Source: an uncultured bacterium
GTDB lineage: Bacteria; Hydrogenedentota; Hydrogenedentia; Hydrogenedentales; JAEUWI01
Reading direction: 5' to 3'
Length of the DNA stretch: 33,478 bases
Assembly: GCA_963977445.1 (NCBI GenBank)
Contig: CAXBPH010000048.1
Location: 1-33,478 of the forward strand
Part shown: positions 8,034-16,680 of the stretch, piece after piece
Numbering within the stretch: position 1 is the first letter of the stretch
Layout of the letters: every line of letters begins with the position of its first letter
Notes under the pieces: generated by a model
The model's database searches: none
The model's input: the letters and a program-made list of their open reading frames with translations, nothing else
What the model was told of the DNA's origin: nothing
Program-made: the position numbers and the translations under genes

Positions 8034-11000
8034 ATGAGTAGTAAACGGTCTCGCAGCGGGATTGAGCGCAAGTTTTTGACGTCGATCCTCTGGGTCGGCG
8101 TCATTCCCATGGCACTGGCACTGGTCAGTGGCTACGTGCTCGCCCGTGAGAATCAGAAGAATGCGGTTCGTTCCAATCTGGAAACGGCGGCGCGACTTAA
8201 GGCCGATGGACTGAATCTCGCTCTGCAGGGACGGTTGCATCGCACGAAGATTTCTGCACGAGACCCTGAACTGGCCTTGGCACTTTCGTCCAAGTCCGCG
8301 GGCCAGGAGGAACTTGAGTCTCTACTGAAGCGGATGCGTTTGGCCGTCATTGCGTCGGGCGATTCCCGCTCCGACTTCGTTCTTTTTGGTCGCGATGGTC
8401 AGGCGATTGCGGCGACTCATGCCGACTATATGGCCATGCAGTTACCGCTGGTTGAGCCCTCGCTCATGACCACCACACGGGTCGCAGATTTTGACGAGAC
8501 TCGCTACGTGTTGCTGGTGACTACCCCGGTGCAATCGGCCTCCGGCACGGTGGTGGCCTACCTGGGTGAATACCAGGGGGTCAACGACATGCTTCGCTTT
8601 GCATTGGGGCATGGGGGTAGCGCCGAGGGGGACCCCATAGAGAGCTACGAGCTGGCCTATCGCGATGATACCGGTAGTTTCAGGATATTCTTTGCCCAGC
8701 CCGATGTGGAAGGTGAAACCCGGCTTACCAAGTCTATTGATGCCGATCCTTCTCTGGCCCGGCACCTGCTGGAACATCCGGAAAGTGACTACGGCGCGCT
8801 GACCGTGTCCCACTACGCCAGTCATGATGGCTCTATTCCTGCGGTGGTCGCGTATCACCGGCTCTTCAGCGGCACGTCCCTCTATCTGTTGGCCTACCGA
8901 TCCGCTGCCGATGTCTATGGGACGATCAATCTGGCGGCCATACTGACCCTAATACTCTCCGGCCTTATCATCGGACTCTTCTGCATCATCGCCTATCGAA
9001 ACGTTCACAACAATATCATTCGTCCTGTTTCATTGCTGAATGAAGGGGCCCAGATTATTCGTCAGGGTGATCTGGAACTCAAGCTCATCATTGGGACGGG
9101 TGACGAGATAGAAGAGCTGGCCAAGTCGTTTAATAAGATGGCCAACGCCCTGCGTGCCAACATCAATCAATTGGAGGAGTCGGAAGAGCGGTACCGAAGC
9201 CTGATTACCTCCATGCGGGATGGGATTTGCCAGACCAACACCGAGGGCAATATAACGCTGATAAATCCGGCCGGCGTGGACATCCTCGGCTACGACAGTG
9301 GCCCGGCGGTGGTGGGCATGAATTTACGGGATATCTTCCTGGAGCGCATGGACTTTGCCCGGGTAACCAGTGAGTTGGAACGTCATCGTTTCGTCGAGCG
9401 TGCCCGTGTATGGATGAAGCGCTACGACGAACGAACGATTTGTGTGGAGCTTTCGGCCAACCGCGTATTTGATGAAACCGGTGGCTATATTGGCATGGAA
9501 GGCACCTTCCGGGATGTGACGCAAAACGTGGTACTCGAACAAGAGGCCCGTGAACGTTCGGATCGCATCGCCGCCATCAATCAGATCGCGAATACCATCA
9601 ATTCCAGCCTTGAGGCGGGGCGGGTCTATGAGAGTATTGTGGTTGAAGTGCGGAAGTTGATAACGTTCGACTATGCCGAGGTGGTGCTTCTAAATGCCGA
9701 AGATCAGAGTTGGGAAACCCACCATTTGTGGCCCGAGCCGGCGGTGGTGTATCGTCCCGGTGAACGGGGCGAGGCGGGTCCGGAGTCGGCGTTCTGGGTG
9801 GCGCGCGAGAAGCAGGTGCTGTGCGTAGATGACCTCCGTGGCAGCGGATCGCCCTTTGCCGGTGAGTTTCCGGAAGATATCAACAGTTGCCTCTGCCTGC
9901 CCCTGTATGCCACAGAACGAATTATCGGCACCCTGAATCTTGGTGCCCGGGACGTGGGTGCCTTCGGTAAACATGAGATAGAAATTTCTGAGCAGATGAC
10001 GCCCCACGTGGCCATCGCCATTCGAAATGCCCAGCTGCTCGAAAATCTGCAGCATTCGCTGGAACAGGTTACCCTTGCTCGAGAACGTCTCCATGAGATG
10101 AACGATGAATTGAAAACGCTGGATGAGATGAAGACCAATCTGCTCTCCAACGTATCTCACGAATTACGCACCCCCCTGGTTGCGGTCATGGGCTACACCG
10201 ACATGATTCTGAACGGCAAAGTCGGTCCCGTAAATGAGGTGCAGGAAGATTACCTCGGTATCAGCTTGCGCAATATTGAGAAGCTCGTTACCCTCATCGA
10301 AAATCTGCTGGATTTCTCTCGCCTCCACCGTGGGGCAGAAGAGTTGGTCTTTGATACCTTTGACATGGTGGATTGTGTTCGCACCAGCATAGAAATTGTG
10401 AAACCGGTCTCTGACAGTCGTGGCATTGATCTCGTTCTGATTGCGAAAGATAACCCGGTTCATGTTGAGGGGGACAAGGGCAAAATGGGCCAGGTATTCA
10501 ATAACCTGCTTTCCAATGCCGTAAAGTTCAACGAATCAGGCGGTCGGGTGAGCGTCGAAGTGCGTATCGATGGCGAGCAGGTTATGGTGGAAGTGGCTGA
10601 CACGGGCATTGGCATCCCCGCCGAAGCCCTCGACAAGATCTTTACCCGATTCTACCAATATGATGGCTCATCGACCCGAAAGTACGGGGGGACGGGGATC
10701 GGACTGGCCATTGCGCAGGACATCATGCGCCTTCATGGCAGCCGCATTACGGTTGAGAGCGAAGAGGGAAAAGGAACCCAATTTAATTTCATCTTGCCCT
10801 TGAGCATGACACAGAATCCGGAACGGAAGAGTTCCGGTCCCAACCCACCGTTGCCGACGGAGACCCATTTGCTGGTTGAGCTGGTCACACAGGACCGGGC
10901 ATTGAGCAATCAGATTCGCACGCTCCTCTTATCCGAAGGGATGGATGTGATTCACGCGGCCTATCCGTCCGTGGCCCGAGCCCTCGCAGAAAAATACAGG

Positions 11001-11645
11001 CCCGACGTCCTACTGCTGGATACGGAGGCCGGCCCCTTGGGTAGTGTGGTGGTGGCGGAGATTGTGACGGCGCCCATGTCGATTGGGGTGCCGGTAATTC
11101 TGCTCACCAACGACGACAGTCTTTTTGAGAAATATGAATCTCAAGTGGCGGCCCGGGTACGCCGGGGGTTTCGTAAGAGTACGCTTCTGAGTGGCATTCA
11201 CTACGCCCTGAGCAAAGGGGTGCCCGGCTTTGAAGATCTTGGCAACAAGGTCTTGTGTGTGGACGATGATAAGGAAATTGGCGTTTTCATATCCCGGTGT
11301 CTGGAAAACGAAGGCTACGAAACGGAGCAATGCGCCAATGGAGAAGACGCGCTGGAGCGAGTCGCTTCCGGAGATTTCTGGTTGGTCCTGCTGGATATTG
11401 CCATGCCAGGGATGGACGGCTGGGAGACCTGCCGTATGATTCGATCCAATGCTGCGATTTCCGGTATCAAGATTTACATGGTATCCGCCAAGCCCCTGGA
11501 GAAAAGTCTCGCCCAATTGCACGAGTGTGGTGCCGATGGGTATCTCTCCAAACCCTTCAAGTCCGATGATTTGCTGGGGCTGGTGCAGAGCTACCGCAAA
11601 CGAAAAGATATTACCGCCCCTGTGGACGGGGAAGAAATTCTCTAG
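8034..11645 (+). CDS. Hybrid sensor histidine kinase (TM-extracytoplasmic sensor-TM-HAMP-PAS-GAF-HisKA-HATPase-pseudoREC-REC)
   Basis: HAMP GDEIEELAKSFNKM; PAS ...EGTFRDVT; GAF CLCLPL...IGTLNL; H-box SHELRTPL; N-box NLLSNAVKF; DTGIGI; GGTGIGLAI; terminal REC VDDD/LLDIAMP/KPF. Confidence 0.95.
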   Translation: MSSKRSRSGIERKFLTSILWVGVIPMALALVSGYVLARENQKNAVRSNLETAARLKADGLNLALQGRLHRTKISARDPELALALSSKSAGQEELESLLKRMRLAVIASGDSRSDFVLFGRDGQAIAATHADYMAMQLPLVEPSLMTTTRVADFDETRYVLLVTTPVQSASGTVVAYLGEYQGVNDMLRFALGHGGSAEGDPIESYELAYRDDTGSFRIFFAQPDVEGETRLTKSIDADPSLARHLLEHPESDYGALTVSHYASHDGSIPAVVAYHRLFSGTSLYLLAYRSAADVYGTINLAAILTLILSGLIIGLFCIIAYRNVHNNIIRPVSLLNEGAQIIRQGDLELKLIIGTGDEIEELAKSFNKMANALRANINQLEESEERYRSLITSMRDGICQTNTEGNITLINPAGVDILGYDSGPAVVGMNLRDIFLERMDFARVTSELERHRFVERARVWMKRYDERTICVELSANRVFDETGGYIGMEGTFRDVTQNVVLEQEARERSDRIAAINQIANTINSSLEAGRVYESIVVEVRKLITFDYAEVVLLNAEDQSWETHHLWPEPAVVYRPGERGEAGPESAFWVAREKQVLCVDDLRGSGSPFAGEFPEDINSCLCLPLYATERIIGTLNLGARDVGAFGKHEIEISEQMTPHVAIAIRNAQLLENLQHSLEQVTLARERLHEMNDELKTLDEMKTNLLSNVSHELRTPLVAVMGYTDMILNGKVGPVNEVQEDYLGISLRNIEKLVTLIENLLDFSRLHRGAEELVFDTFDMVDCVRTSIEIVKPVSDSRGIDLVLIAKDNPVHVEGDKGKMGQVFNNLLSNAVKFNESGGRVSVEVRIDGEQVMVEVADTGIGIPAEALDKIFTRFYQYDGSSTRKYGGTGIGLAIAQDIMRLHGSRITVESEEGKGTQFNFILPLSMTQNPERKSSGPNPPLPTETHLLVELVTQDRALSNQIRTLLLSEGMDVIHAAYPSVARALAEKYRPDVLLLDTEAGPLGSVVVAEIVTAPMSIGVPVILLTNDDSLFEKYESQVAARVRRGFRKSTLLSGIHYALSKGVPGFEDLGNKVLCVDDDKEIGVFISRCLENEGYETEQCANGEDALERVASGDFWLVLLDIAMPGMDGWETCRMIRSNAAISGIKIYMVSAKPLEKSLAQLHECGADGYLSKPFKSDDLLGLVQSYRKRKDITAPVDGEEIL

Positions 11646-11729
11646 GTCGACTACGGGCATGGCTGATCCAATAGTGCATTCCGGGCGGGGCACGTAGTCT
11701 GGAATCTTACAGAAAAAGGAGAAATTGAA

Positions 11730-12611
11730 ATGGTCCTGTTTTCCGGTCTTTTAATGATACTTTCCGCAGCGGCTTCGCCCGTTTTGATGAACACGAATGC
11801 CCTGCCCGACGCCCATAACGTACTTGTCGTTGATGCGCGCGATGAAGCGGCGTTTCTGGAAGCGCATATTCCCGGTGCAACCCATCTTGATGTGGATTCG
11901 TTGTCGGAGGAGCAGAAAGGCGTTGTTGGTATGTTGAAGCCCATGAGCGCGCTTCTTCCGCTCTACACGGCAGCGGGCCTGGATCCGAAACGAGAAATCG
12001 TGGTGTATAGCGGTCTGGAGAAGAGTTCGGACCTGAAACAGGCGACACGACTTTTCTGGGCGCTGGAATACTCGGGTTTTCCCAAGGTGCGCCTCCTTGA
12101 TGGCGGGTTGAGCAAGTGGAAAGCGGAGGGCCGCCCGCTGGAGTCTGGCTCCTCTGCGGTGAAACCCGGTTCGATGGATGCCTTGAAAGGGCTGAAGGTC
12201 GCGCCGGAGCGGATTGCGACGCGGGAAGAAGTGATGGCGGCCCAATCTTCGAAGAAGGGGATTATCGCCGATCTGCGCTCCAACGAACTTTACACCGGGG
12301 CGTCTAAGAAGGACTTCGTCGAGCGGGGCGGTCACATTCCAGGTGCGAAGAGTCAACCGGTCCCCGACTTTGTGGATGACACCAGCATGACCTTTAAGGC
12401 GCCCGATGTAATTCGTGCGTTGCTTGCGGCCGACAAGAAAGCAAAGAAAAGCTCCGTTGTGACCTATTGCAACACGGGACGTGATGCGACCGTGGGCTAT
12501 GCGGCCTATCGCATCGCTGGTTTTGAACATGTATCCGTCTATGACGGCTCCATGGCGGAGTGGGGCAACATCGCCGCGTGCCCCCTGGCCACAGGAAGTG
12601 AAAAAGAATAA
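11730..12611 (+). CDS. Tandem-domain rhodanese/sulfurtransferase, probably exported
   Basis: AAGGAGA RBS; VDAR, HIPGA twice, LLDGGLSKW, active-site YCNTGRDA, YDGSMAEW; short hydrophobic N-terminus ending in AAA. Confidence 0.92.
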   Translation: MVLFSGLLMILSAAASPVLMNTNALPDAHNVLVVDARDEAAFLEAHIPGATHLDVDSLSEEQKGVVGMLKPMSALLPLYTAAGLDPKREIVVYSGLEKSSDLKQATRLFWALEYSGFPKVRLLDGGLSKWKAEGRPLESGSSAVKPGSMDALKGLKVAPERIATREEVMAAQSSKKGIIADLRSNELYTGASKKDFVERGGHIPGAKSQPVPDFVDDTSMTFKAPDVIRALLAADKKAKKSSVVTYCNTGRDATVGYAAYRIAGFEHVSVYDGSMAEWGNIAACPLATGSEKE

Positions 12612-12656
12612 TCAAGACGCCAATCCCCCTCGGGATTTTATGGAGAGGAAGAGAGC

Positions 12657-13829
12657 ATGCAGTACAGACGCTTTGGCAAGACCGAGTTACAAATTCCCCT
12701 TATCAGTTGTGGCGGCATGCGCTATCAGCAGTCCTGGAAAGACTCGGAACGGGATACGATTACCGACGACAACCAGAAAAACCTGGAGGCGTGCATCAAT
12801 CGGGCGGTGGAGTTGGGTGTCAACCACATCGAGACGGCCCGCGGTTATGGCACGAGCGAATATCAGCTGGGGAAGATTCTCCCCACCTTTAAGCGCGACG
12901 AATTAATCGTGCAGACAAAGGTTGGTCCAGAGGCCGAAGTCGGCAAATTTGTGGAAACCTTCGAGACGTGCATGGACGCACTGTGCTTGGACTATGTCGA
13001 CATCTTTTCCTTTCACGGCATCAATACCGACGACTGCCTGGAAAACACCAAAAAGTGCATGGACACGGCCCTCCAGTGGAAGAAGGAAGGGCGTATCCGG
13101 GATATTGGTTTCTCGACCCACGGTCCGACGCGCATTCTGCTGGAAGCCATCGAGACGGATATGTTTGATCATATTAATCTCCATTGGTACTACGTGCAGC
13201 AGAACAACTGGCCTGCCGTCGAGGCGGCCACCCAGCGGGATATGGGTATCTTCATCATATCGCCCAACGACAAGGGGGGACTGCTCTATAAGCCCAGCGA
13301 CAAGTTGGTGGAGCTTTGTGCGCCCTTGCACCCCATGGTCTTTAATGACCTGTTTTGTCTTTCCCGTCCAGAGGTTCATACCTTGAGTTGTGGCGTTTCC
13401 TGCCCCGAGGACTTTGATATCCATATGGACGCGGTTGCCTTGCTGGACGATGCTGCGAAGCATATCGCACCGATTGAAGCGCGGCTACGTGCGGAACTGG
13501 TCACCACGCTGGGCGAAGAATGGGTGGACAGTTGGGATTCGGACTTGCCGGAGTGGGAAGACACGCCCGGCGACGTCAATCTCTATCAGGTGTTGCGCCT
13601 CTGGAATTTTGCGAAGGCTTTCGACATGGTGGAGTATGGCAAGATGCGCTATGGCCTGTTGGGCAATGGCGGCCACTGGTTTCCTGGAAAGAAAGCCGAG
13701 GAGTTCGATGTGGAAGCGGTGAAGTCGGCGGTGGGTCACCATCCCTTCGCGTCGGTGATTCCTGACCGGCTTCAGGAAGCCCACGAAATGCTCAAGGGCG
13801 AAGAGAAGAAGCGCTTGCAAGAAGACTAG
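12657..13829 (+). CDS. Aldo/keto reductase family oxidoreductase (COG1453-like)
   Basis: MQYRRFGKT, GINHIETA-like GVNHIETARGYGTSE, VQTK, IGFSTHG. Confidence 0.92.
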   Translation: MQYRRFGKTELQIPLISCGGMRYQQSWKDSERDTITDDNQKNLEACINRAVELGVNHIETARGYGTSEYQLGKILPTFKRDELIVQTKVGPEAEVGKFVETFETCMDALCLDYVDIFSFHGINTDDCLENTKKCMDTALQWKKEGRIRDIGFSTHGPTRILLEAIETDMFDHINLHWYYVQQNNWPAVEAATQRDMGIFIISPNDKGGLLYKPSDKLVELCAPLHPMVFNDLFCLSRPEVHTLSCGVSCPEDFDIHMDAVALLDDAAKHIAPIEARLRAELVTTLGEEWVDSWDSDLPEWEDTPGDVNLYQVLRLWNFAKAFDMVEYGKMRYGLLGNGGHWFPGKKAEEFDVEAVKSAVGHHPFASVIPDRLQEAHEMLKGEEKKRLQED

Positions 13830-13860
13830 GGGGATATCTTTTCTTGCGGTGGATGGTTAA

Positions 13861-13972
13861 CCACAGAGAACGCAAAGAACACAGAGAATAGAAAAGATGT
13901 TCGCTAAATCGAATCGCTTCTACAACAGATAGTAGGGCCGTTCCCGGGGCCGATAATTTTTGTGTTCTCTGC
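13861..13972. repeat. Imperfect inverted repeat of the CACAGAGAACACAGAG type
   Basis: ccacagagaacgcaaagaacacagagaa (13861-13888) can pair with tttttgtgttctctgca (~13957-13973). Confidence 0.55.
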
Positions 13973-14059
13973 ACTACTATCCGGCATTCTCTTGTTTTTT
14001 TGCAAAGATTTATTGGACACAAACTTCATAAAATATTGTCTCCGTATATTTTACAGGCC

Positions 14060-14145
14060 CGTCATCCTCGCGAACGCGGGGATCCAGTAACGCGAACGCA
14101 GACACCGATGATACCCTCTGGATTCCCGCCTGCGCGGGAATGACG
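14060..14145. repeat. Miniature palindromic repeat pair of the GTCATTCCCGCG..GCGGGAATCCAG family
   Basis: cgtcatcctcgcgaacgcggggatccag (14060-14087) and ctggattcccgcctgcgcgggaatgacg (14118-14145) are inverted, and each is itself a hairpin. Confidence 0.85.
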
Positions 14146-14490
14146 ACCCATCTCTTTTGGGTTGCGGCCAACGGCAGCCCTGTGTCACTCGAATGCAATT
14201 GCATACCTTGATAAAAACAGGAGGCGCAGCCCATTTTGGACATGTTTCGCATACTTACTACACTTTCTTCGTTTTTAGATTAGCACGAATCGTAGTGACG
14301 GGCCAGCGTTATCTTGTAGTTATGGGCTGGATTGTACACCCTCATCCACAAGCTCCCCCGCTTTGTTTCCACCACCGTGGCACGTTCCACTGCTGCTTGA
14401 TTCGTAGCGGCGGGGCGATAGTTGAATCTCGGAGGAGCTTGGAAGCGTACCCGCGTTTAAGTGAATCGCCACATGCTGGACGGTCCCTTC

Positions 14491-14674
14491 AGGATCTTGG
14501 ACATTCTTGTCCGAGGCAGCGCGCGCCACAACTCATCAACTGGGTTCTGGTTTTTGGGAAACTACCGCCGCCTAACGAAGTCGCCATCTTGGGGAACGTG
14601 GGGTCATCGAGCATGACCCGCATTGGTGTCTCCACTTGGGCAAACCTTGCCTCGGACAGGAATGTCCAAGATCC
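14491..14674. repeat. REPIN-like inverted REP doublet upstream of RAYT
   Basis: aggatcttggacattcttgtccgaggca (14491-14518) and ccttgcctcggacaggaatgtccaagatcc (14645-14674) are inverted copies of the same GGAT+hairpin motif. Confidence 0.88.
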
Positions 14675-14780
14675 ATTGTTTCGCGACTTGAAACGGTCTG
14701 GTTGTCCTCGGCAAGATGTTGCAAACTCCTGAAATTTGCGCGCAAAGCCATTTATTGAAAAAGAAGGTATTGGAGGGCCG

Positions 14781-15476
14781 GTGAGCCTATTTGACCCAGA
14801 AGATCCTAAGCAGTTTTCTGGCTATCTGGATCCATCGATAGAAGTCGATGTCAGCGAACGCCATTTGCCCCACTGGCAACTTAACGGTGGCCTCTACTTC
14901 GTCACTTGGCGTTTGGCCGATTCGCTGCCCCAAAACCTCTTGCGGCAATGGTCCGAGGAGAAGCGTGTCTGGCTGCGAAAACATCCAAAGCCATGGGATG
15001 CGACCTCGCAGGAGACCTATCGCCGCGAATTCCCAAGACGTATGGAAGCCTGGCTAGACGCGGGCTATGGTGCATGCGTGCTGCGAGAGCCCGCGTGTGC
15101 GAACATCCTTTCGGAAGTCATCCGGCGCTTCGATAGCGAACGCTACGACATTGGCTCGTTTGTCATCATGCCCAATCATGTGCATGCGCTGTTTCAACTC
15201 CGGGGCACGACCAAACTCAAGCCGTTGTTGCAGGCATGGAAAGGAGCTTCGGCCCGCAATATCAACACGCGGCTTGGCAAGCGAGGGACCCTTTGGCAGC
15301 AAGAATCGCGAGACACATCGATCCGAAACTATGACCATCTCCTCCGCAGTTACGTTTATGTCCTGGAAAACCCACAGAAAGCCCGGTTGGCGCCAGAAGA
15401 ATTCCTCTACTACGAAGCGCCAGGTTTAAAACAACAATTACGCGCTATGGGCGGGGACTTCGATAGCGGCGAATAA
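14781..15476 (+). mobile_element. rayT: REP-associated tyrosine transposase (RAYT/TnpA-REP, IS200-like Y1 HUH nuclease)
   Basis: GGAGG RBS then GTG 14781; RHLPHW, YFVTWRLADSLP, LDAGYG.C.L, FVIMPNHVHAL (HUH), WK..SA..IN, LWQ.ES.D..IR, YVLENP (catalytic Tyr); flanked on both sides by REP hairpins. Confidence 0.93.
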
Positions 15477-15507
15477 AGGATCTTGGACATTCCTGTCCGA
15501 GGCAAGG
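15477..15507 (+). repeat. REP copy immediately after the RAYT stop codon
   Basis: aggatcttggacattcctgtccgaggcaagg starts on the base after TAA (15474-15476). Confidence 0.9.
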
Positions 15508-15568
15508 CACGCCCGTTCGCCAGAGGGCATGGTGGTCAAGGCTATTGACTACAATTCAATATGGGACT

Positions 15569-16005
15569 GATTCTTTGGCACCTTGGGCGGTCCCACTAAC
15601 AACGAGGGAACTGGATTTCTCGGGTGCCCTTTCTCTCGGACAGGAATGCCCAAGATCCTTTGGCAACCTGGGCGTTTCCGCAAACAACGAGGGAACTGGA
15701 TTTCTCAGGTACCCTTTGCCTCGGACAGGAATGCCCAAGATCCTTTGGCAACCTGGGCGTTTCCGCAAACAACGAGGGAACTGGATTTCTCAGGTATCCT
15801 TTGCCTCGGACAGGAATGCCCAAGATCCTTTGGCAACCTGGGGGTTTCCGCAAACTACGAGGGAACTGGATTTCTCAGGGGCCCTTTGCCTCGGACAGGA
15901 ATGTCCAGGATCCTTTGGCACCCTGGGCGGTCCCACTAACAACGAGGGAACTGGATTTCTCAGGTACCCTTTGCCTCGGACAGGAATGTCCAAGATCCTT
16001 TGGCA
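15569..16005 (-). repeat. Direct tandem array, 5 x 85 bp, one REP hairpin per unit
   Basis: (a/t)acgagggaactggatttctc recurs at 15601, 15686, 15771, 15856 and 15941, an exact 85-bp period. Each unit carries ctcggacaggaatg(c/t)cca(a/g)gatcctttggca. There is a 12-nt partial unit at 15569-15580. Confidence 0.97.
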
Positions 16006-16187
16006 GATATCAGGCCCAATGCCCGAAAACAATCTCGTGGAAGGCCCCTTGAGCACCGGTCAGGGGTTGGGCAAGGCCGCATTTGGGCTGTTCCATTGTT
16101 TTTGTCTTGGTGCATTGGGTTTCGGGCAGATTTCCGGGGCGGGAAAATAAATCCACCCAAGGTCCCCGTGGCGTGCTACAATGACCT

Positions 16188-16397
16188 ATGATTCATTCCC
16201 AGCCAGCCTCATCTTTGTCTCCGGCCTCCCGCAGTCCTCGGGAAGAAGAGCAGTTCCTCTGTAATGAAGCGTTGCGTACGGGTGATTTTGACGCAATCAG
16301 CGACAGTGAGTGGATCGCGCTGTGTGAACGTGCCGCCGGTAAAGTGCGCCATGTTCCTAAAGATAGTGAACTCGACGAAGAAGTTTCTCGGGCGTAG
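16188..16397 (+). CDS. Possible small acidic hypothetical protein (69 aa)
   Basis: ORF with plausible composition. TGCTACAAT (extended -10-like) lies 5 nt upstream of the ATG and there is no RBS. No recognisable family. Confidence 0.35.
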   Translation: MIHSQPASSLSPASRSPREEEQFLCNEALRTGDFDAISDSEWIALCERAAGKVRHVPKDSELDEEVSRA

Positions 16398-16470
16398 TAG
16401 CCCGATTACATTCCCTCGCCCTCTCCAACGAGGGCAAATTACCTGCATTCAACTACGGAAAGTACTGTCT

Positions 16471-16680
16471 ATGGCCAAGCCAAACCATCAATTTGAAAAG
16501 CGACAACGTGAATTAGCGAAACAGAAGAAAAAAGATGAGAAGAAGGCGCGCAAGCTTGAACAGCAAGCGGCCGACGCCGTGGACGGTGAAACTACCGATG
16601 CCACGGATGACGGTGAAGCCACGGAAGACGGTGGCGCGGTAGAAGACGCCTCCGCCGAAGACACTACAGAAGTCGTCTAA
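16471..16680 (+). CDS. Small basic/acidic protein, MAKPNxxFEKRQRELAK family (69 aa)
   Basis: ATG 16471 gives MAKPNHQFEKRQRELAKQKKKDEKKARK plus an acidic low-complexity tail. I recognise the N-terminus as a widespread uncharacterised small-protein motif. Confidence 0.8.
   Translation: MAKPNHQFEKRQRELAKQKKKDEKKARKLEQQAADAVDGETTDATDDGEATEDGGAVEDASAEDTTEVV

Noticed and set aside
1580..12611. Prokaryotic ubiquitin-like system (JAB plus rhodanese)
   Set aside because: The two genes are ~7.6 kb apart in different units, there is no E1/ThiF, E2 or Ubl gene, and the rhodanese appears to be exported.
14010..14732. ORFs 14010-14252(-), 14157-14732(+) and 14320-14529(-)
   Set aside because: They contain translated repeat signatures (VIPAQAGIQ...LDPRVREDD, ASDRNVQDP) and have no recognisable domain or RBS.
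14781..15476. Ordinary IS200/IS605 element with TnpB
   Set aside because: There is no tnpB, the protein has RAYT-type HLPHW/RLADSLP features, and it is flanked by multiple REPs rather than single LE/RE hairpins.
15569..16005. CRISPR array
   Set aside because: The would-be spacers are near-identical (only two variants), there are no cas genes in the window, and the hairpin matches the REPs flanking the RAYT.
15545..16191. Overlapping ORFs across the tandem array
   Set aside because: The 85-bp period cycles through all three frames and gives the same peptides in each. They are translations of a non-coding repeat.
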